The notes below the pieces were generated by a model. The model worked only from the letters and a program-made list of their open reading frames with translations. It made no database searches and had not been told where the DNA came from. 39,575 nt of DNA from a virus. Lineage: Duplodnaviria > Caudoviricetes. Each line of letters begins with the position of its first letter. The stretch's first letter is position 1. Made by a program: the position numbers and the translations under genes. Below, piece after piece: positions 35,102 through 39,575 of this stretch. The stretch is taken from positions 1 through 39,575 of the IMG/VR virus record IMGVR_UViG_3300030376_005037, one strand, 5' to 3'.

Positions 35102-35161
35102 GATTTATTTTTAAAAAACTTAAAATAATTTGTTCTAAGTTGCTTAAAAATAGAGCCTGAG

Positions 35162-35191
35162 TGAGGAGCGTCATCGTTAAGTACGCTCCTC
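35162..35191 (-). terminator. Stem-loop after the A2-like gene
   Basis: TGAGGAGCGT...ACGCTCCTCA 10-bp stem; weak U-tract. Confidence 0.55.
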
Positions 35192-35205
35192 AGCTACTGA
35201 CTATC

Positions 35206-35526
35206 TTAGCTGATTGAGTCAACTAATCTTTGTAAGTCTGCTTTGCTAGCTTTTACAAGAGTTGGTATTGCTACCTCGAAGTGTGCTTCAAGCTGAGCAA
35301 CCAGTTCTGCTTTGCGAACAACAGGCTCGCCTGTTTTGGTTACTTTTGGCTGAGCAACATACACGCCTTCTCTTGATAGCTTAGCAATGATGCTTCTTAC
35401 TGATTTGCCGAATTCTTGAGCAAGAGCTTCAACAGTTTCTCTTGTTGGGTTAGCAACATATTGCTCAGTCATAGATGCGACCATTTCATCTGTGTAGTTT
35501 TTAGGTCTGATTGCATTGTCTGCCAT
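35206..35526 (-). CDS. T5 A2/D3-family DNA-binding protein
   Basis: NYTDEM...M...Y.ANP.RETV.ALA.E.GKSVRSIIAKLSREGVY...RKAELV...L.KA.K..L; AAGGA RBS. Confidence 0.78.
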   Translation of the reverse strand: MADNAIRPKNYTDEMVASMTEQYVANPTRETVEALAQEFGKSVRSIIAKLSREGVYVAQPKVTKTGEPVVRKAELVAQLEAHFEVAIPTLVKASKADLQRLVDSIS

Positions 35527-35571
35527 AATTAGTTCCTTGATGTATGTTATTAAATTTTTCATTATGAGTAT

Positions 35572-35601
35572 ATTATACTACTTTTTTGTTCAGCCTGTCA
35601 A
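35572..35601 (-). promoter_or_regulatory. Sigma70 promoter
   Basis: TTGACA-18-TATAAT. Confidence 0.8.
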
Positions 35602-35624
35602 TAGGTTGGCTGAAGTTTTTAATG

Positions 35625-35780
35625 CTAAATGATGCCATTTTCTTCAAGAGCTAGTAGCGTTAGCACTAGCACCCAGAAGCCTACCATTGTTATCACAATT
35701 TCGTAGCGTTCCCAAATGTCGCGAGCACAATACAAATTATGCTTTACTTTCCATTTGGTTATTCTATTTCTCAATTTCAT
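35625..35780 (-). CDS. Small membrane protein (51 aa)
   Basis: MKLRNR...VITMVGFWVLVLTLLAL; ATG 6 nt after the -10 box. Confidence 0.65.
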   Translation of the reverse strand: MKLRNRITKWKVKHNLYCARDIWERYEIVITMVGFWVLVLTLLALEENGII

Positions 35781-35786
35781 AACTAT

Positions 35787-35815
35787 ATTATATAGAGCGT
35801 AATCAATCCTGTCAA
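35787..35815 (-). promoter_or_regulatory. Sigma70 promoter
   Basis: TTGACA-17-TATAAT. Confidence 0.88.
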
Positions 35816-35968
35816 TATATTTTTCAAAATAGCACTCATTATTTAACGCCAGCGAATTCTCGGGGGCGGGACGCGAAAATCCCCTCGCTTCGCGAGAAAT
35901 CCTTCGAAAAGTGCCAAAATCTTCGCAAATCGTCCCAAATCTGTGCATAACCCCGCGCAAGTTTCTTC

Positions 35969-35998
35969 TTGACACGCGCAACCCCGCTATGGTATAAT
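35969..35998 (+). promoter_or_regulatory. Sigma70 promoter, no ORF
   Basis: TTGACA-18-TATAAT. Confidence 0.75.
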
Positions 35999-36132
35999 AT
36001 CCAGGGTGGGGACGGGGATATTTCTAGTTTTTGCACTCGCTCGCGCGAAATCTTCATTTGTTTACTACTTAGCTACGCGTCGGCGCCGAAATATCTCATT
36101 TATCTACTACTATTGGCGCCCCTGCAACCACC

Positions 36133-36158
36133 AAAAAACCCGTTATAGCGGGGTTTTA
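36133..36158. terminator. Terminator-like hairpin
   Basis: AAAAAACCCGT-TATA-GCGGGGTTTT. Confidence 0.55.
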
Positions 36159-36221
36159 ACCACCTTCGCCTATGAAAAGACCTAATAGTTGAATTATTTT
36201 GCGCTAAACCTAAAAAACACC

Positions 36222-36250
36222 TTGACAGGCGTAAATTTTTGTGGTATAAT
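36222..36250 (+). promoter_or_regulatory. Sigma70 promoter, no ORF
   Basis: TTGACA-17-TATAAT. Confidence 0.8.
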
Positions 36251-36303
36251 CGGCGCGAAGTGGGTTTGAGCGATAGTAAGTGCTTACTATCAGTTGGAGG
36301 CAC

Positions 36304-36327
36304 AAAAAACCCCGCTCTTGGCGGGGT
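36304..36327 (-). terminator. Intrinsic terminator
   Basis: ACCCCGC-CAAGA-GCGGGGT followed by a T run on the minus strand. Confidence 0.85.
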
Positions 36328-36342
36328 CAGTTGCCTCTATTC

Positions 36343-36492
36343 TTAGCTGAGGAGCTTTAGTACCATTTGTAGTGCTTCAATGTTAGCTCTGCTTAGGGAT
36401 TGAGCGATTTTTGGTTCTACGCCTTTGGCGATGATGTCGTTGATGAGTGCCTTTTTAGTTGGGCGAACTTTTTTTGTATCTTTGTCTTGCAT
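36343..36492 (-). CDS. Small protein (49 aa, not in ORF track), paralog of 38676-38831
   Basis: MQDKDTKKVRPTKKALINDIIAKGVEPKIAQSLSRANIEALQMVLKLLS; AGGA RBS; has its own promoter and terminator. Confidence 0.8.
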   Translation of the reverse strand: MQDKDTKKVRPTKKALINDIIAKGVEPKIAQSLSRANIEALQMVLKLLS

Positions 36493-36543
36493 GGCTTTTC
36501 CTGTTTTGGTCGGGGCTCATTCCCCTCCCTCTTTATACCCATA

Positions 36544-36572
36544 ATTATACAGAGCCAACCCCGCCAAGTCAA
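36544..36572 (-). promoter_or_regulatory. Sigma70 promoter
   Basis: TTGACT-17-TATAAT. Confidence 0.85.
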
Positions 36573-36615
36573 GACTTTTCTTTAATTTTATTTTACGCTT
36601 TTTTCAAAATTTTCC

Positions 36616-36644
36616 TTGACAGGCTCAGATTTTTATGTTATAAT
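36616..36644 (+). promoter_or_regulatory. Sigma70 promoter upstream of the repeat array
   Basis: TTGACA-17-TATAAT with TG extension. Confidence 0.82.
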
Positions 36645-36673
36645 GGGCGCCGCCGGTGAAAGACTTAATCTCG

Positions 36674-36783
36674 TTTCACTACTCTACTCGGCGCTGCCGC
36701 GCAAAGACTTTACATTTCATTTCACTACTCTACTCGGCGCGCAAGCACACAAATCATTCTCATTTCACTACTCTACTCGGCGC
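36674..36783. repeat. 21-bp direct repeat x3
   Basis: TTTCACTACTCTACTCGGCGC at 36674, 36720 and 36763; spacers of 25 and 22 nt. Confidence 0.92.
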
Positions 36784-36793
36784 GCTTGCGCGC

Positions 36794-36818
36794 AAAAAAA
36801 AAAAAAAAAAAAAAAAAA
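36794..36818. repeat. A25 homopolymer
   Basis: Direct reading. Confidence 0.9.
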
Positions 36819-36835
36819 GAAAATTTCCAAATGCG

Positions 36836-36854
36836 AATGAGAATCATTCTCATT
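36836..36854. promoter_or_regulatory. Fur-box-like palindrome
   Basis: AATGAGAAT-C-ATTCTCATT, a perfect 9-1-9 close to the AATGATAAT-N-ATTATCATT consensus. Confidence 0.65.
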
Positions 36855-36867
36855 TAGAATTTGAGCC

Positions 36868-36910
36868 AAAAAAAAATAGGCGATTGAGTTTCCCCAATCG
36901 CCTAATAAAA
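36868..36910. terminator. Intrinsic terminator ending the pre-early block
   Basis: TAGGCGATTG...CAATCGCCTA stem followed by T9 on the minus strand. Confidence 0.85.
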
Positions 36911-36952
36911 ATCTTAATCTTTTGGTTGCGTGTTATTTGGCATAATTGCCGA

Positions 36953-37474
36953 TTAAGATTTTTTTCCTGAAAATCTGTTATTCCATTTTCCAGCGTCAAC
37001 AGTATGACATTGACCTAATTCCCTAACAGATTTTAAATTATTCAAATTATCATCATAGAATGATTTGAATAAATTTTTATATTGTCGCAAGTTCCAAAAT
37101 TTTCGCAGTTGCGTCTTTTTTAGAATGTGGTCGACAGTATCAATTCCTGAAGGTCTTGAAATAACATAATCATAATAAATGCCCATTGAGTGCAAATATT
37201 CCCAATCATATTTTCCAAATTCCCTAGCAGTACAAATTACGATAATATTGCCCTCTTTGTAATCGGCAACAAGTTGCCAATACATAGGAAGTAAATCATC
37301 TTGAAAAATCATTTCCTTAGTGGAATTATTTTTCCAATGTTCTAAATCCAAAGAGCCATTTTCTCGCAATCGAATCCTATGAGATGAATCAATAATTGTT
37401 CCATCTAAGTCATAGATACAAATTTTCGGCGAGAGATTAAAAAACCTCTCGCAGAATTTCGTTTTCTGTTTCAT
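36953..37474 (-). CDS. HAD-family phosphatase (PNKP-phosphatase-like; possible analogue of T5 Dmp)
   Basis: YDLDGT, CTAR, LKK, FYDD HAD motifs; GAGG RBS. Confidence 0.8.
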   Translation of the reverse strand: MKQKTKFCERFFNLSPKICIYDLDGTIIDSSHRIRLRENGSLDLEHWKNNSTKEMIFQDDLLPMYWQLVADYKEGNIIVICTAREFGKYDWEYLHSMGIYYDYVISRPSGIDTVDHILKKTQLRKFWNLRQYKNLFKSFYDDNLNNLKSVRELGQCHTVDAGKWNNRFSGKKS

Positions 37475-37475
37475 A

Positions 37476-37685
37476 TTAAATACCTCGCCAAATTCGTGAG
37501 AGTTGGGCAATCATCATCATAATAGTTAGAATTAATAAATCCCACATTTGATGAGTTATGCAATGATAGGTAATAAGAACATTACCTATCATAACCATAG
37601 CAAGTGAAGTATTTTTTTCAAAAACAAACAATGCCTGTAATCCTAGAAACACGATACAAAAGTAAATAAATAAAATAAATTCCAT
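37476..37685 (-). CDS. Small membrane protein
   Basis: Hydrophobic 69 aa; TAATG coupling. Confidence 0.7.
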   Translation of the reverse strand: MEFILFIYFCIVFLGLQALFVFEKNTSLAMVMIGNVLITYHCITHQMWDLLILTIMMMIAQLSRIWRGI

Positions 37686-37873
37686 TATTTACCCCTATGA
37701 AAAAATCCTGTTTCAACAAGATTTCTATATACCTTCATGGCGTGTGCCTTGCTATAAGGTCTTTCGCCATATTGGTTTCTTTCGTGAGTATTCTCAGAAT
37801 ACCATGTATCAAAGCTAGGAACATTTGAAGATAAATTTTTAGTTATCTCCTCGAACATATCTAACTGTTTCAT
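37685..37873 (-). CDS. Hypothetical protein
   Basis: GAGGGG RBS and ATGA coupling. Confidence 0.7.
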   Translation of the reverse strand: MKQLDMFEEITKNLSSNVPSFDTWYSENTHERNQYGERPYSKAHAMKVYRNLVETGFFHRGK

Positions 37874-38676
37874 TTTCTACCCCCTCGATTTTCGAGTTTT
37901 TGTTTCATGGATAACCCTTTATTGAATTGTTGCCATGAAACAGATTTAATATTATTCACAAAATATTTCTTAATTTGTGAATCCCAATTTTTCCAACATT
38001 CCATAAGAAGTCGAAATTCCATTCTTGCATCTCGCAAGGCAGTATGTTGCTCAACATAATATAAATCTTTTGATAAATACCTAAGCATTGTTTCAGCAGA
38101 ATAGGACAGATTGCCCTTTTCAGTTGTCATTTGCTGAAGTTCATCTTCATCAAGAGTTTTAATCCATGTTGTAAAGTTGCGATTTGCCATGCAAGTCGCA
38201 ACAATATCCATAAGGCAAAACCATTCAACACCTCTAGGAAGATAAAAAGTTTTATCTGTTAATTGTTGATGTGTTTTTCTAATAGTTCCCACCTTATCGC
38301 CTTGACCAATATCAAAGTTAAAGTTGTAAGAAGTGATATATTCGATTCCCATTGAATTAATATTCTCGTTAAATTCCTCGATTATATGTTTCCATTTCTT
38401 AACCTTATGGGGATTTCTTATAGCGTCTTTCCATGCTTTTCGCATAGCTGGATTAACCTTATATGATTCCCCTTTTTTATTGGTATGCAGAAATAAATCA
38501 ATCTGTTCTATTATTTCGAGAACATAATAATCCATTTCTTTAGTATATAAAGAATGTGTTTGAGTTATATCCCCAAAGACAGCACCAAAATGAAAAACCA
38601 TATTTGGATTTGTAGAAATATAAGTACATTCAGTATCTACCACACAAGCCATAACCCTTTTATTATTGGGAGTCAT
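37870..38676 (-). CDS. DEDDh (DnaQ-like) 3'-5' exonuclease
   Basis: VVDTEC, SYNFNFD, HTALRDA motifs. Confidence 0.85.
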   Translation of the reverse strand: MTPNNKRVMACVVDTECTYISTNPNMVFHFGAVFGDITQTHSLYTKEMDYYVLEIIEQIDLFLHTNKKGESYKVNPAMRKAWKDAIRNPHKVKKWKHIIEEFNENINSMGIEYITSYNFNFDIGQGDKVGTIRKTHQQLTDKTFYLPRGVEWFCLMDIVATCMANRNFTTWIKTLDEDELQQMTTEKGNLSYSAETMLRYLSKDLYYVEQHTALRDARMEFRLLMECWKNWDSQIKKYFVNNIKSVSWQQFNKGLSMKQKLENRGGRK

Positions 38677-38831
38677 TATTTAACCCCCTTTAATAATGCT
38701 AATATGACAATCAGATTATCAATATTAGTTCGAGTTAGTGAAAGCAGATTGAATTGCTTTTGAGTATCTAGCTTTTCAATCTCATTAATTAAACCCTTTT
38801 TTGTAGGGCGTTTCTCTTTTTTTGTTTCCAT
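38676..38831 (-). CDS. Small protein (51 aa), paralog of 36343-36492
   Basis: METKKEKRPTKKGLINEIEK...SLTRTNIDNL..ILALLK; AGGT RBS. Confidence 0.75.
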   Translation of the reverse strand: METKKEKRPTKKGLINEIEKLDTQKQFNLLSLTRTNIDNLIVILALLKGVK

Positions 38832-38865
38832 AATATTACCTATTATAAAATGGCTCGATTTAAAA

Positions 38866-39039
38866 TTAGGTTCGAGCCTTTGACCTATAACGAACAATTG
38901 CGAGTTCATCTTTTGGAATCCCTTTCGCAATCAATCGGTTTCTTTTATCAAGAACATCTTTAGCATTGCGATATTGAGCAATCATAATCCAGTCGTCTAT
39001 GATTGCTCTATCGCCTAAACATTGCATTAACCTATACAT
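38866..39039 (-). CDS. Hypothetical protein
   Basis: Start taken at MYRLMQ directly after the upstream stop. Confidence 0.6.
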   Translation of the reverse strand: MYRLMQCLGDRAIIDDWIMIAQYRNAKDVLDKRNRLIAKGIPKDELAIVRYRSKART

Positions 39040-39041
39040 GA

Positions 39042-39293
39042 TTAAAATATAATGATTAATGAAATAATTGGAATGACAATCCAAATTAGAATGTCTGTAA
39101 TGAGTGAATATCTAAAGTAGATTTTCTTTCCAATTTCAGTAGCAACAATCTCGCTACCTCGTTCAAATTCAATGCCTTGCTTTTCTAAGATTGAACAAGC
39201 CTTTTCAAATGCTTGAACATCATTATAGTTAGCAGGATTGTATTTTGTTTTAATGGTTAGATGTTTCTTAAAATATCTTTTAAATAATTTCAT
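39042..39293 (-). CDS. Hypothetical protein with C-terminal TM segment
   Basis: AGGAG RBS. Confidence 0.7.
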   Translation of the reverse strand: MKLFKRYFKKHLTIKTKYNPANYNDVQAFEKACSILEKQGIEFERGSEIVATEIGKKIYFRYSLITDILIWIVIPIISLIIIF

Positions 39294-39432
39294 AAGTTCT
39301 CCTATTAATTATTTTATATAGCAATTTAGTATCGCCTTTATTTCATGACCTTTTTGCTAGTGCCTTCCCTTTCTCAATCTTTGTTAGGGGGGGAGTTTGA
39401 TTCTTGATTCAGTTTCCCTTTGCTATGAAATA

Positions 39433-39461
39433 ATTATAATTCATTTACCTAAACATTACAA
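39433..39461 (-). promoter_or_regulatory. Sigma70 promoter for the terminal gene block
   Basis: TTGTAA-17-TATAAT. Confidence 0.65.
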
Positions 39462-39575
39462 CAATGTTTAGCTTAACTTATAGGGGGGATAGTTGACCAA
39501 TTTTTGACCAGCTCGCTGGACACCCCCACACGTACAACTTTAAAAAATTTTGATTTTTGAAATTAACGCGACGAC

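Larger units (their letters stand above)
35846..36860. other. Injection-stop-signal-like control region
   Basis: Mostly non-coding; CGCG-rich degenerate repeats, direct repeats, palindromes and an A-tract; lies between early genes and a terminal gene block, like the T5 iss. Confidence 0.55.

Noticed and set aside
36674-36783. CRISPR array
   Set aside because: Only three non-palindromic 21-bp repeats, short low-complexity spacers and no cas genes; kept as an unexplained repeat.
35781-36970. Track ORFs across the control region (35839-36057, 36100-36303, 36400-36585, 36459-36659, 36616-36840, 36656-36970 and the 5' extension of 35625-35981)
   Set aside because: They translate promoters, repeats and the A-tract, lack an RBS and have atypical composition.
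1-39575. Prophage, integrase, reverse transcriptase/retron or alternative genetic code
   Set aside because: No such genes were seen, and core genes are intact under code 11 with all three stop codons in use.

Overview
About 39.6 kb of an AT-rich, T5-like (Demerecviridae-type) lytic phage genome, probably infecting a marine proteobacterium (habitat and host are inferred from gene content). The left edge holds the end of a + strand tail-fibre module, which meets a bidirectional terminator. A long - strand block follows in T5 gene order: D2, D3, PC4-like protein, split NAD-ligase A/B, D5, D6 helicase, primase, PolA, D10, D11, D12, D13, D14, D15, then nrdA/nrdB. Auxiliary genes are interspersed: AhpC, three 2OG-Fe(II) oxygenases, DenV-like glycosylase, MazG, glutaredoxin, a SET-domain protein, lysozyme, IscA, Hsp20, PPK2 and ribosomal protein bS21. 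The right third contains small early genes, an ~830-nt ORF-poor, highly structured transcription unit with its own promoter and terminator (the best candidate for a novel large ncRNA), and a second candidate structured RNA. It also contains a repeat- and promoter-rich region resembling the T5 injection-stop signal with a Fur-box-like palindrome, and a small pre-early-like gene block probably near the genome end. No tRNA, CRISPR array or integrase was recognised. All protein calls come from motif and synteny recognition, not database searches.
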